This document shows, piece by piece, positions 50,281-63,715 of a DNA stretch of 64,000 bases. The notes under the pieces were generated by a model that had not been told where the DNA came from, did no database searches, and saw only the letters and a list, made by a program, of their open reading frames with translations. Each line of letters begins with the position of its first letter. Positions within the stretch are counted from its first letter, which is position 1. Position numbers and translations under genes: made by a program. This stretch comes from Felis catus (Eukaryota). Where the stretch lies: NCBI RefSeq assembly GCF_018350175.1, contig NC_058368.1, forward strand, positions 193,876,001-193,940,000, given 5' to 3'.

Positions 50281-51629
50281 AAGAGAAGCATGACAGTTTG
50301 AGGAGGTCTCTAACATAATTAAGGCATCCATTGACCTCAGTCCAAATCTTTCACCTAGAGATTCAGTGAGTCCTTAAAAGCTTGCCACAGAAAATACCCA
50401 AATGACAAATGAAGAGTCCAGTCCACACTAGTATAGGAGGACCTTAACAATGGAGGTATTTGTAGATCATAATAGCCAGACCTGGGATTTCTAGTTGAGG
50501 GTTTTCCCTTCTGGCTCCTAGACTCCAGGAGTCTCTGTGGTAGCTTTCTCTTTCAGGGAATTTTTGATGAATATCACTCCCATGTTGTTTACTTCCATTT
50601 TTCTACCTTTAATGTGGAACACATAGATTTTTATGGGCCTCTATTTCATCCGCATAACTCTTTTGTTGCCATGGAAATCAGTTTCAATTTTCTCCCATTC
50701 TGGCAATTGTGTTTTTATAGTCTCCTGCTTTCAAAAAGATAAGCTGCCTTATATTTATTGCACGTGGATGCCAAAAGTTGACCTCGCTCGAGACACAGCC
50801 AACCTTTACTTCAAGACAACACTACAGTTATTTATTATAGCTGATGTCATTTTGATTTCTGCCTGTGAGATCAGTTTCCAGTAAAATTCTTTTGGTTTTT
50901 ACATACCTCTGCTATCCAGGGGGCTAGAGCTCAGCAAGCCTGCAACATTAGATTCTAGGTGGGCTCAGGTGGGGGCGGGGCGGGGGTGGCTAAGGGCACT
51001 GAGAATGAGCTGCAAACTCTCTATTAAAGGTGAAGAAAACGCGTTTCGATGGAAGAAGGAAGCTGAAAGCACAGACCTCTATTCCCAGGTCAGCTGCTAA
51101 TTGGCTTTCAGACGTTGGTCACATCACTTCCATCCAAATCTGCATTTTTTCATCTCTAAAACCAGGAAGGTAGAGTAGATGAGAAAACTTTATGTGAAGC
51201 AGTATATGGAAACGATAAAAGTACAATAATTTGATTAAAGCAGGGAGAAAATTATTTTGAGAGATTTTGTATCATTAAAAAAAATTGTCATTCAATACAA
51301 TGTCCAATAGCTATAAAAAGCTTGCAATTATGAGCATTGTTTTTTATTGTCAGCTGTCTGGTTATCATACTAACAGTTTGAAATAATTAGCTCACTTCTC
51401 CCAGAATTCTCTAGTTTGGTCTATCTTGAGTTATCTACCACTGCCTGTGGTCCCTACATCCATTAGTTCCCTCTTCTAGTCTTTTAGTTTGGACGACAGG
51501 GCAAATGCAAAGTATCGGGTTGGCCAACATTTCGTTGTTGGGGCATTTTTTAAGATATTTTAATCAACAAAATAAATTTCTAATGCATGGAAATCTAAGA
51601 TTCTATAGGGCATGAATACAAAAGGAGTA

Positions 51630-52100
51630 ATTCATTCAGTCGATATTTATTGAATGTGAGATGAACCAACCGTGTTAAACACTCATGATAAAGCCACCAA
51701 TGGGAAGGACTCCATCCACAGGAAGCTGCAGTCTAGAAGTGTCAAACACATGGAAAATCAATGTGTTACAGTGTGTGGAGTGCCCCTGTAAGAGAGGGAA
51801 GCACACTGGGGTCCTTACTCAGACATGATGGGATGGTAGTGGTTGCTGCAATGGCCATACAAAGCTTCTGCGGAGAAATGAATACTGACTTGAGTCAGTA
51901 TTTGCCTGATGAAGAAGGTGGAATGGTGTTCCAGGCCAATGCAGGAAGGGAGTGGACAAGGGAGTAGGCAGGAGAAGAGGCTGTCGAGGTAGGTGAGAGG
52001 CAATTCTTGAAGGTCTTCTACATGGCTTTGTATATGGGCAGTAATGCTTGGCCTTTATTGTTGAGGCAGTGAGGAAATGTGTTAGAGCTCTAAAGTGGGT
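51630..52100 (-). mobile_element. L2 3' fragment
   Basis: attcattcagtcgatatttattgaatg tail; gaagctgcagtctag; gtgttccaggc. Confidence 0.65.
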
Positions 52101-52547
52101 ATTAACAGAGATCAGCTCTTGATGGCTTATCTCACATAATTGGTTATTTTTTTCATAAAAGGGTATCTCACCAAAGCTTAGAGTAAGGATGAAACTGACC
52201 CTCAAAAAGAGAACAAAAATAGGAAGATGTCAGGAACTTATATATTCTCTCTCTGTGCCTGTCATGGCTCCCAGGCTTCTCTCTGTCTACCTCATTCTTG
52301 TTTCCCAATGATTAGCTTGCTTTGCTACTTCCAAATACACAATTTCTAATCCCAGCCATTCAGAGACTGTAATGTGTAATGTCTCAGGCACATACAAGTT
52401 CACATTTACAAAGGAGAGAATCAGATCAGGCTATGTCAAATAGCTACCTCTGGTCAGAGAAGGTGTAGTCAAAGTTTAGTTCCAACGTACAAATAGTATT
52501 TTAAAGACAACTCTGTGTTTCTCTGTGTGTGAGGAGGTAGAATAGTT

Positions 52548-52588
52548 ACTAGGGAATTGAGACTATAACTAGGGAATTGAGACTATAA
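52548..52588. repeat. Perfect 20-bp tandem duplication (actagggaattgagactata)x2
   Basis: Direct observation. Confidence 0.97.
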
Positions 52589-53845
52589 TGTGGAAGGGGC
52601 TTAGAGCCTTTGAAGGGTAAATGGGTATAATCATTTCAGATTGTTTTATTATTATTCTAAATGTAATACGTGCTATGTTAACACGTGCAGACACTAGAGA
52701 ATATAAAAATACAAAGACAAGCCTTGACACTCCTCCCTTCTCATTTTTTTCAATTACCCATTCATTCATTTTCAAGAAATATTAAGAGTACATTATATAT
52801 ACAAGGCAACACACTGGGCACAGCAAACAATTGGTGTAAGACAGAGTCCTTGCCTTGTCAAAACTTAGAGTCTAAAGTATTGTTTTAAATCTTTTCTGTG
52901 CATCTTTCTAAAAAAAATTGTATGCATTTATAGGAAACATGTATATATATTTATTCTTAATCTGCAGTTAATTTCTTATCCATTACATACCATATACTGA
53001 AACTGTTTTTTTTAAAAAAAAGCATATTGGTATATTTTTATGTTAGCACATATAGACCTTCCCTTTAAATATTTGATAGAATTGTGGCAACATTGAATAT
53101 TTTTTAAATAAAGTCATATGTATAGTATGCGGCAGCTTTTTTTTTTTTTTTTTTTTTTTTTTAGTTTCTACAAATCCTCTTATTTTCCAGTAAGTCCTTC
53201 CCCAACTGTTGTCAGTAGGTGGAGTGGTGGCAGTGGGGGGAAAGGAAGGAAGATGTAAATACTTGTCAACTCATTAATGACCTGCCCTGTCCTGAATGAA
53301 GATGATTTCTCTTAGTTTTAAAATGTCTGTTTTGATGAACTCTGTCTCATTGAGTGGATGCTTGGTCTTTTAGGGTTTCTTCCTATCGTTCCTCAGGATA
53401 GTTTTGGTGTATCAACAGTATGTCAAGACTTCAGAGTGACTGAGGGGGGGTCCTTGGGACGTTTTCTGGATTCTCATGGGTTATACTATAAGGAGTTAGG
53501 CTATTCTGGTTCCTCAGCACCATGTGTTGGTATTAAAGGAGGTTCATCCAGCTGTACCAGGAACCAGTCAGACATTCTTGCTGTCTTGGACCATCTTGAT
53601 CTTAGCTGGTCCAATAGATCTTAAGTCTGGACATATTCTCCAGCCAGCCTCTGATTTTGACTGCCTGTTACCCTCTGCCCAGCCCCACACCCCACAACCA
53701 AGACTCTGTGGTAGGGTCAATTCAACTTTCATAAAGAGCCCATGGAAGAGCCCAAGACCCCCTGGAAAGAACAGTCTGGCTCTGGCCTCAGTGATCCTCT
53801 ATTTTCCTGTAAGTTTTGTAGAAACGTGTTGCTCTTGTCTATATG

Positions 53846-54419
53846 CAGTCAGTTCTCATTACTTGCAAGGGTTATGTTCTGTGAAGTTGCCCTGAGCACT
53901 GACTTAGTGATGGAACCATTACTCCTAGGGGAAATGTAGGGTTAAGTTCCTGAGAGCCTCTGCTCACATTTTCATCACTGATCAACACATAACCTTGTTT
54001 TATGTATGTTTCTGTTCAAAGACATTTTATTTAATATATATGGTAAATTTATTAATGTTGAATTCACAGCCAACAGCACTGTAACTCATGCGTGAACAAA
54101 GCTTATCTTAGGCACTTAACTTTTTCCATAAGGAACATCACAGCCTTCTTGTGCTTGGGAACTGCAGACAGCACTTCCAGATTGTGCTTAGGGGGGCTAT
54201 TTTAAACAGCCATATCACCAACTGAAAGCACAAAAATGTGGAAACGTGACACTAAATAGGCTGCAAAAAACAGGCTTCTCAGACTGTTTACAGTATAAGA
54301 AGTGAAACAAGAAGGCAGAGTGTTCTCTTGTTGGACGTCAGTTGAGAGCGTGCGTGTTGGGCCGTACAAATTTTTGCAGCTCTTTGTCTGAAAATGACCA
54401 CAAAACACCGGGAGTATTA
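53846..54419 (-). mobile_element. MER82 (TcMar-Tigger) DNA transposon, one end missing
   Basis: cagtcagttctcatta terminus; ctcctaggggaaatgtagggttaagttcctgagagcctctg; catcacagccttcttgtgcttggga; gaaacaagaaggcagag. Confidence 0.88.
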
Positions 54420-55759
54420 AGGTAGTTGTGGAAGAAACCAGAAGTGCTGAGACTCTTTACCCTTCCAGAGTCATTCTTTTTACTTCTCTGTGGCCCCACC
54501 CAGCGTGGAGTCTCCATCTGGAATTCCAAATAGGGAGCTGATGATAAACCACCTCTCCTCTCAAGTCTTCCCACAGATTCTCTACTACCCTTTTCTGGAG
54601 GAGGGACTTGGTTACATGTTTAGTATTTATTTGGTTATGTATGGATGAATTTATAGATTATTTCCAGGTTTAAACTATTGAAAACATTTTTTCATTGACC
54701 ATTCCTTTTTATGTTGAGCATTTTTGTGAGAGGAGAGCTATAGGAAAATTACTAACACTATAACCACTTGACTGAAGAATGCATGAATTTAAAAGTATTT
54801 TACCAATTATATAGGTAGAAAATGTTAAGCCATCTTTTTAAGTTTCTTTTCTTCAAATACAATGGAGCTTGAGCATCTTTTTGTGTTATCTAGATCTCTT
54901 TGGACTCTCATTGCTCATGTCCTATTTGCCCAATTGTCTGATTTCTAAGAGACTTTTTTTTTACATTGAAGTATTTTTTCCCCTCACATTTAGTTTAAGA
55001 AGTGAATTATAATATAAAGATGGAGGGAAATGTCAACAACAAAAGATAAAAAGTATTGGTGCCAGTTGAGTGGTAGAGACCAGAACCATGGACATTCAGA
55101 AGAAGCTTCAGCACAATTTGTGGCCAGGATTTGCATGCCCTGTCCTCTTCCTAGATCAGCAGCCTTATTGCCATAATATTACCACACTGTGTGACTGCCT
55201 CAGTCATGTCCATCCCACGAAGGTCTCACCTTCTGGGGCACGTAAAAGTAGCACCAAGATCAGGGACCAGAGTATAGCCAGTCAAACTCCACACCACCAC
55301 TGCTGGCTTTCATAGATACAATTCAGACTATTGGGAGTGTGTTCACACTCTCATCGCAGCACCGCATAATAAAAATTTATTATTTTTATCATGGTTCAAA
55401 ACTCACAGCAAACTGAATAGAATTGAATTGGACTACAGTAGGCTGAGATGGAAGAGGAAAAGGTTATACTAGAGATGGAGGAGGAGCAGGACTGCTTGGA
55501 GTTGGGATATGACTAATATATATGGAAATAGTTGATTTGCACAGCAATGACATGAAAGGAATAGCATGAAGTAAATCAGGAAAATCACAGGTTATGGTCA
55601 GATTGTGGGACCTTGGCTTATCAGCCTACATATTTGGGACTCCAAAGAGGACCTATCATGGCATGGGCAGGACAGTGGAAATCATCGCTTTGAGCAGCAG
55701 CATGATGATTGTTTGGGGGGATGTGGTTAGATCCAGCCACTGGAGTAGTGGGGTCCTGA

Positions 55760-55955
55760 ATGTCTAATTTACAGACTCTGCCACTTTGGCCAAATTAATC
55801 TCCGAAAGTTGGGTTTCCTCATCTATAAAATGGGAATAAGAACATTACTAAACTAACATCATAAGATTATTGTGCAAATTATAGGAGGTAATGCATAAAA
55901 AGGGCCTAGTTTAGTTCGTAGTAGATAATAAGCTCTTTATAAGTATTAGTGATTA
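55760..55955 (+). mobile_element. MIR SINE
   Basis: gtttcctcatctataaaatgggaataag...cataagattattgtg. Confidence 0.78.
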
Positions 55956-56869
55956 TTGACAATGATAATTATTATCAGTAGCTTTTTTAAAAGAAGAAAA
56001 ACAGTACTTCTATATTGAGAATCTATATTTTAACATATTATTCTCTTACCACATTCTCTTAACTTTACATTTTTTCATATTTCTAAAATTATACCACTTG
56101 TTAACATAGCCTGAAGCCTCAAATATGATAAATGAACACCAGTTAAAATACTAAAAAATCCAAACGTCAGTCCCCAAACATACAACAATGAGAAGCATGT
56201 TATACATAACAAAAAAGAATAAAAATAGAATATCTGGCCAATCTGATGTAGGTTGATTTTTGCATTTGTTGCTGGAATTTAGAAAAGTTGTGAATTTAAT
56301 CAACTGTGGCTACAAAGTTTAGAGACAGAAATAGTCATTCTCTGAAATACTGTGCTTCTTCCTCCACCAAGGGGCAAGTTAGTCCTATAATGGTGATTCA
56401 AATGATGTGCAATGAAAACATTTATATAAATGATGTGCAGTGATAAAATTTATAAATAAGCTATAAATTTATAGTTCAATCTTGAAAAATTTATGATGTG
56501 GTTAGGTAGATCAGGTACTGTAGTTCGTTAAAAGAAATCAGAATTTGAAGTTTGAAAAAAAAAAAAAGTTGACTCCAGACTCAACCCCTTACTAAATAGG
56601 GCTTATACCCTAATCCCTCTGAGCATTTTCTGATCTGTAAAATGGAAATTAAAAAAAAAAATTCTTAGAACTATGGTGATAATTAAATAAGTATCTAGCA
56701 TACTTTGTGTGCTCCATGTAAAGATAATATTTTGGGGGTTGTATAAAAGATGGAAGGAATGCTGCATAAATCAGAAGAATGTGACTCTTGCCTGTTCTTG
56801 GAACTCAATAATAGCATTCTCTTTCCTGGGACTTCATTCCTTCATCAGTAAAACAAGATTAGACCGAAT

Positions 56870-57036
56870 CAATGGTTCTCACACTTTAGCATGCATCAAA
56901 ATTTCTTGACAAGCCACTTAAAATACGGATTTCTGGGTTCTACCCATAGAGTTTCTGACTCAGTAACCTGAGAATTTGCACTCCTGACATTCTGACACGT
57001 TCTAACAAGGTCCCAGGTGATGCTGAGAATCACTGG
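56870..57036. mobile_element. MER5A MITE
   Basis: TIRs caatggttctca / tgagaatcactg; agagtttctgactcagta; gagaatttgca; tctaacaaggtcccaggtgatgctga. Confidence 0.85.
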
Positions 57037-57814
57037 ACTAAGTCATATGTTCTCAATTTTTTCATGTATGAAGGGACTTCTGTTTTGTTTGTTTCAACAT
57101 CTAGAAATTCAAGGCCCCAAACTTGTCTTTGTCATCACAATTATTGCGCTTTTAGTATCCTTTGACTAAATAAACTTACAATGATAAAAAAAAAATCACT
57201 GGATTTAGTGAATTGCAAGTGAATTTCTATTTTTATTTCAACCCACAATCCACACGTGTTAAGAAGAGCTGCTATATCTTTGCACTCATGCCGATCAGTG
57301 CATTGTAAGACAATACATAGAAATGCATTGACAATTAGCAAAGCAAAATTGCCAACCTTGCATAAGATGCAAGATTTAAAGTCTATAAAAGTGATACTGA
57401 AATACCTTGCAAATTCATTGGCAAATAAAGGCTCTGACAGAATGAACCCAGTCAGTTGAGGATGGTCCAATCACCAAGGATGATGAAACAATATGGCATT
57501 TGAGAAAGGATGACTTGAGTATCAAAGATGAAACGGAGGCTCTTGGATAAGCTCACAAATGTTGCAAAAAAATATGTTTAATTACAGTGCTGTAAGCATG
57601 AAGTAAAAGATGTTGTTTTCATGCTACCATATTCTTTTTTTCTGAAAAATCATACCATTTTCATCCCCAACTTTTGACTGATGCCTGCATTACTCACTCT
57701 AAACATTAATGCATAGTCATAAAAATCTAAATCTTGTTAAATATCTAAAGTATTAGTTTTTGAGATAAAGTCACAAATATGTTTTTGTTCGTAGTTTACC
57801 ACAAAATTTTAGTC

Positions 57815-57992
57815 TTTTTTTTTTTTTTTGAGAGAAAAAGAGTGCGCACACAGGGGAGGCGCAGTGGGAGAGGTAGAGAGAGATTCCTTAAGCAGGCTCC
57901 ATGCCCAGCATAGGGCTTGATCTCCCATGAAATCATGACCTGGGCCAAAATCAAGAGTCAGACACTTAACCAACTAAGCCACCCAGGCATTC
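57815..57992 (-). mobile_element. Older CanSINE
   Basis: T tail; ccttaagcaggctccatgcccagc; tcatgacctgggccaaaatcaagagtcagacacttaaccaactaagccacccaggc. Confidence 0.92.
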
Positions 57993-58368
57993 TTACCCTT
58001 ATTTTTAAATGGAGCCTCTTATATATTCTTTTCTCTGATAGTAATTTTTTATAAATTATAGTTATCTGATGCGTGGGTTACTGGTAAATCCTAAAAGAAT
58101 TCAGAAGAGTGAGGGGAGAAGCCACTATCAAGTTGTGTAGTAAGGAAAAATAGTTTGTATGATGTTAACTGGGCCTTGAAAAAATGAGATTTAAGAGAAG
58201 AGGTTAAGGCATGATATGGTGCTTTATAAGGAAAGTTGACCTTAGCAAGCATCCTGCTGCAAGAATCGGATGGGATGCCAGTATCACTGGCTCTAATGAA
58301 AACGTATTCAGACAACTGAAAAATCTTCATCTACAGCAGAATGAGGTACAAGTTTAGGTGGCTGTATG

Positions 58369-58400
58369 AAAGGATGAATCTCCAAAGGATGAATCTCCAA
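58369..58400. repeat. Perfect 15-bp tandem duplication (aaaggatgaatctcc)x2
   Basis: Direct observation. Confidence 0.95.
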
Positions 58401-59363
58401 CGAATAATCATATTGAATAGTCCAGTCTACTTAGATAAGCAAGTAATTCAGGAAACACTCAACTAATTGAATTATTGAATGTCCATGACTTGGTCTAAAT
58501 CAAATGCCTCAACCAGTGACTTTATTATGTGATCAGAATATTGACAGGACAGACTTGTGGGATCTTTCTCAGAAAGGTCCTTGGTACCCTTTTGGATGAC
58601 TTTGCTGACGACAAATCTGGCACTGTCTTAGTAGCAAAGTAGCTCTTACCAGGGGGTCTTTGCAAGACAGGCCATGTATTATTCCTTCTAGCATGGAAGC
58701 AGTTGCAGTAGTCTCTGCCTTGGTTGTGTTAATATGTGTTTCTGTAGGTGTCCCCAAAGTCTGGCTGGGTGGTTTTCATGGTAAAATTGATGAGCAAGAT
58801 CCCCCTGATTAGACAAAAATATTCTTATTTTATCCGTTGGCATGACTGGTGACATGAGACAAATGACTGCTCATAAGAATTGAATGCATTTCTACAGACC
58901 TATTTATTTGATCAAACAATTGATGCATTTTGAGTACACGATCTCTTGAAAACCTAAAAGCTTTGAAGAATGCGAATTTAACTTAACACGTGTAAGAGCC
59001 CCTGAGAAAGCTAGGAAAAATGCCAAAGAAATTTTGGATAATGATCACATAGATTGAGATCAAAATGGAGAATCATGATGATTAATAAGGACAAAGGGTA
59101 AAATGGAATAAAAATCCTAGGTACAACCACATAAGCAGCATTAATCACAATGTAAAAGCAGAGTATAGAACACCGTGTAAGTTACTCTGAATGTGCTGTA
59201 ATTTGAGATGCTAGGGAAAAAGTCCACACATCTAATATATTCAGTATTTTATGAATGCTCATAAAGAGTGAGGCTCAGAGAGAAGGCACTTGCCCAAGAT
59301 TGCCAGGTCAGTGCTGCCAGAATAGGGAATGCCTTGCCTGGTGTGGCTACCTACTACTGAGCC

Positions 59364-59748
59364 CAGGGTCACAAACTCAAAGACTTATTGGGTCCACATA
59401 GTTGACCAAGCTGAAGGATACAGACCTGGTGGGGACTAGAGTGAACTGAAGTGGACACAACCCTTCTACCTTGGGCAGCCACTATAGAGGTCCACAGATC
59501 ATCATGTGGGATTATTAATCCAGTTGGTTAGGTCTTCCAGTTTTCAGAAGAGGTCAGGATATTTATGTGAAAGTTATTCATTTTAAAGTTGGAAATTAGG
59601 GGCACCTGGGTGGCTCAGTCAGTTAAGTATTTGACTCTTGATTTCAGTTCAGGTCATGGTTCCTGATGTTGAGCTCTGCGCTTACAGTATGAGGCCTGCT
59701 TGGGATTCTCCCTACCTCTCACTGCCCCTCCACCCAATCATACATGTG

Positions 59749-59813
<65 letters not shown>

Positions 59814-59901
59814 CCTCCCCCTCCCTTCCTCTCTCAAAATAAATAAACATTAAAAAATAAGATTGGAAACTAATAAAAACAAAGCAACACTGTACAGGTC
59901 A
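59364..59901 (+). mobile_element. MER102-like hAT-Charlie element, interrupted by a CanSINE, 3' TIR not seen
   Basis: cagggtcacaaactcaaa, tggtggggactag, gggcagccacta, tttatgtgaaa...ttttaaagttgg, aacactgtacagg. Confidence 0.8.
59599..59857 (+). mobile_element. CanSINE with an expanded (CT)n
   Basis: ggggcacctgggtggctcagtcagttaag head, long CT run, aaaataaataaacatt tail. Confidence 0.93.
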
Positions 59902-61126
59902 GAGAAAATAATTTTTATAGAAAATAATAGTGAGGCTCAGAGAGAAGGCACTTGTCCAAGATTGCCAGGTCAGTGAAGGTTGGCAGACCTGGATTAGAAT
60001 ATAGGGTCCTAAAGTTCATGATTGCCTCTCATGAAGAGAAACTCTGTGTTCCCTCTTCTCTGTTGTCCTGTCAAAAGGGTGGAGAGGTGTTTGGGACCCA
60101 GATAGTGCCATTTAGAAAGAAGTCTATAGGTTCAAGAATAGTTGGTAGCAAACTGTTAGCTAACATTACATAAACACTATTTTAAGCCTAAGGAACTGTT
60201 GGCTCAGTTTCTTAGCAGTGTCTTGAAAGAAAGGATGCCACTATTACTGCATGAACTTTCCAAAATCAGAATATCCTAGAGGTTGCTTGTTAACCCAAAA
60301 AACCTTATTTTCTAGGCTGTTAGAGGGCATAGAAAGGTTCAGGGAAAATTTGTGATAACTTTCATGAAAAGGAGGAGGGAAAACTATCTTCTGAGGCACT
60401 GGCTAAGTTCTGGCATGCATTTCAATGGAAAAAACAAGCAGCCAGCACGAAAAATTTAAAGCCTTATTGATTCTCAACCCCAGACACTCTCTCAAAGATG
60501 ACACTGCTCTTGCCACTTGTTATCAGTTGGCTGTTGATGTCAAAGAAGAGATTACAGAGGCTTGCAAGAACCTACTCAGAAGGGGCCAATGCCAGACAAA
60601 GTTGTTAATTATTCCAAATACCTTTTTCTCTCTTACTCCTTTATTCTGTCCAACTACCAGTTCATAAACTAACACTATAGCTGTTACCTATTGTCCAATG
60701 GTGGAGAAATAACTTGGGAAACAAAATGATTTGTAGAATGTGGATTCAGAGAAAGAAGATCCAAGAGAAGCAATCATAGATGGTGGATCTGGATTCTACT
60801 CTTGGATCTGTCACTGCCAGGATGTGTGACTTTGGACATGCCATTTCCTCTCTCTGGGTCTGAATTGCTTCAAAGAAAGGGGCAAGTTGGAATAGGTCAT
60901 TTAAAGTTCTAAGTTTAAAATAAAGAAAAATAATGTTTCTTTGCCTATATGATCACAGACTGCTTAATGTCAATTGCCAGATGTTTACAAGACAGCTCTC
61001 CTTGAAGCAAAGAACCAATCATCTCTGGTGGCATTTCAGGCATCAGTAGGAGAGAGAGACTTGGCCAGAGACTTTTCCACATGTCACATCTCTGGGAAAG
61101 GACAGTCCTTGACTTTCCTCTGGGTC

Positions 61127-61156
61127 TTTTTTTTTTTTTTTATTTTTTATTTATGT

Positions 61157-61206
<50 letters not shown>

Positions 61207-61352
61207 TCAGGGGAGGGGCAGAGAGAGAGGGAGAGAGAGAATCCCATGCAGACTCCAGTCTGTCAGCACAGAGCCTGATGCATGGGTTCTATCATGACTG
61301 GAACTGAAATCGAGAGTCGGATTCTTAACTGACTGAGCCACCCAGGTACCCC
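61127..61352 (-). mobile_element. CanSINE with an expanded (GA)n
   Basis: T tail, (GA)n, gagccacccaggtacccc head. Confidence 0.93.
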
Positions 61353-62069
61353 TTGCCTCTAGGTTTTATCAATTCATGTCCTCCCTACCACTGGCCCCAG
61401 CACTCAAAATCATTAACTTTAAGAGACAGTGTTCGCTTTACTAAATCGAAGGCTGAACATCTTTTCAGCTATAACCCTGCCAAGTGGTCATTGCACCTTC
61501 CATAAATGGAACACTCAGGACCTTTTGGAGGTTGGCCACTCTGTCATTGTTCCCACTTGAGGACTGGATGAGAGACCAAGATAGCCACTTTACAGACCTG
61601 ATGCCAAATCTAAGGGAAGACTGAATAGTAACCAGGTTTTTCATACTCTAATGTGAATTTTAGAAGTGTTCTTCTAAAACAGAAAGTTGTGGGATTTTTT
61701 TTTCCAAGTAAGTCCAAAAAATGGTTACATTTGCCTCTGCTTTGCCCTGAATGGGTAGAGCTGACTTTTCCCTGTAAACATTTATGTTTACTTATTATTC
61801 TTGCTGTGGTGATCTTAATTACTGTTTTTGATATGTAAGAGAGTTGTCTTTGTGCCATGCCCTGTGCTCAGTAATTTAAATACATTTTCTTCCTTATTCT
61901 TCACTAATATAAGCAACTACAGTCTTAAATGATCTATCTTTTCATTGCTATATCCTCAAGGCCTAGAGGATAGTCTGTCACCCTTAACTACTTGTTCAGC
62001 AGAGCCTTTAGACATGTCCTGTCCGTCTGACATTCTTTATGACATTCTTTGCTGTGCTACTCCCATTCA

Positions 62070-62345
62070 TTCTTAAGGTCTAAGTGTAAGTGTCACTCCT
62101 TTTGAAAGTCTTCCCCTGATTTCCCAATCCAAAATAGTTCCTCCTGTTATGTAGTCTCTAGACAGTCTCTTACCACATCCATAGTAAGCAGTTATTCTAT
62201 ATTTATACTTATTTAATATTTCTGTTTCCTTGGACTCTAGCTCCATGAGGTAAAAGACATTATTTTTATGCTTACTGTGTTGGCAGTAATTACCACCATG
62301 CCTGCTACAACAAAGGTGCTCCATAAATACTGGTTAGAAGAACGA
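62070..62345 (+). mobile_element. L2 3' end
   Basis: tgtcactccttttgaaagtcttcccctga...gactctagctccatgagg...aggtgctccataaatac. Confidence 0.72.
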
Positions 62346-63284
62346 ATCCGTGGGGTACATCATATTAGCCCCATTTTCTTAATGATGAATTTGAGACTCA
62401 ACTAAATGACTCAGGATCACATAAAAAAGAGTAGGGCTCATTTAAAAACTCAGTATTGACCTAGCTATAACCTTCTATGGATTGCCAATTATAGCTGGGT
62501 GTCTACATATTGCATCTCTCAGCCTTGCCACAACCCTACAAGGTAGCTTTTATTGTTCTTATTCAACTGAAGAATTTGAGGCCCATGGGGGCACGGTGAG
62601 TGACCTGCCTACATTCATAAAGCTAGTGAGTGATGGAACCTGAAATACGTTTCACCTCCGAGCCTGTATTCTGTCATGTATGCCATTCTGCCAGGCACAT
62701 TGCTCTGGTGTGAGCTTAGGGAGACATATGCGTAGTATGCACATGTGTGTGCTTGTATGTATTTAAATTCTAAAGTTTGGATTTTCAGTCTGGAAACTTG
62801 CCAATCATCAGCTCAGCAAGTGTCCTATCTCCATAGACCTAATCAGGGGAGTAGAATCACACAGAAGAGTCTCTCTGCCAATATGTTGTAGTCCCAAATG
62901 CTTTTGCTAGGCCATATGGCTTTTTAAGTGTCACTTGCAAATATTAGGCAAGGCTTGAGAACAATAATTAAAAGTCATAGATCACAGGTTAATTAATCCC
63001 TAGCTTCACATTAGCACCTGGCCACTGAAGCATTCCACTCCCACGAATGACCTGCAAATCACAGGCCAAATAAACAGACACCACACAGGCTTCCTCAGCT
63101 GGGTAGTAATCCTGACAACACGCAATATATGCAGAGCAATTGAGTGTATTGAAGGCACTTTTATATGCATAACATTTTTTTTTCTTACTTTTGAAAGAGT
63201 TGTGTGAATTGGCCAGGTAGGGATTAACATCTTGTATTTGATTTGTTTTCATTTGGCAACACTTAATAACTCATTAATAAATGC

Positions 63285-63715
63285 CAGGGTCTTTGCTAAG
63301 CACTTTATCTTTCTTATGTCACGTCGTTCCCACAAAAGCTCTATAAACTAAAGAATATTATTGTTCTTGATTTATAGATAAAAAAGCTGAGGTTCGGAGG
63401 GGTTCAGTGCCTTGCATGGAGTCATCTGATTGACAGTGGTCAGAGTCAGAACAACTGCTACGTCACTCACACTGGCATCGTTGTTTTCTTCCTTTATTAG
63501 CAAGTGCTTTTTGTTAACAAGACCCCTCATAAGTGTTTTATAAAAGTGGCTGTAGTTCATTTAGTTTTCACGAGAATCCTGTGAAATATGTAATAGTTGC
63601 TCCCATTTCACAGGTGAAAGAACTGTAGTTCAGACAGGTCATGTGAGTTGTCCAAGGTCATGCAGCTGGTGAGTGGCAGAAGCAGGACTTGAACTCGCTG
63701 TGCCTTCAGAGCACA
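63285..63715 (-). mobile_element. Two tandem MIR copies
   Basis: tttatagataaaaaagctgaggttcggagggg and cccatttcacaggtgaaagaactg...tgtccaaggtcatgcagctggtgagtggcagaagcaggacttgaac. Confidence 0.8.

Larger units (their letters stand above)
59267..59975. repeat. 47-bp direct repeat pair (59267-59313, 59929-59975), 46/47 identical
   Basis: agtgaggctcagagagaaggcacttg(c/t)ccaagattgccaggtcagtg present twice. Confidence 0.97.

Noticed and set aside
56364..56377. CTCF-like motif ccaccaaggggcaa
   Set aside because: Mismatch at a core position; not supportable without ChIP or conservation data.
57040..59200. AT-rich stretch that may be an old DNA transposon or contain exons
   Set aside because: Could not assign a family, and the candidate exon frames I checked contain stops.
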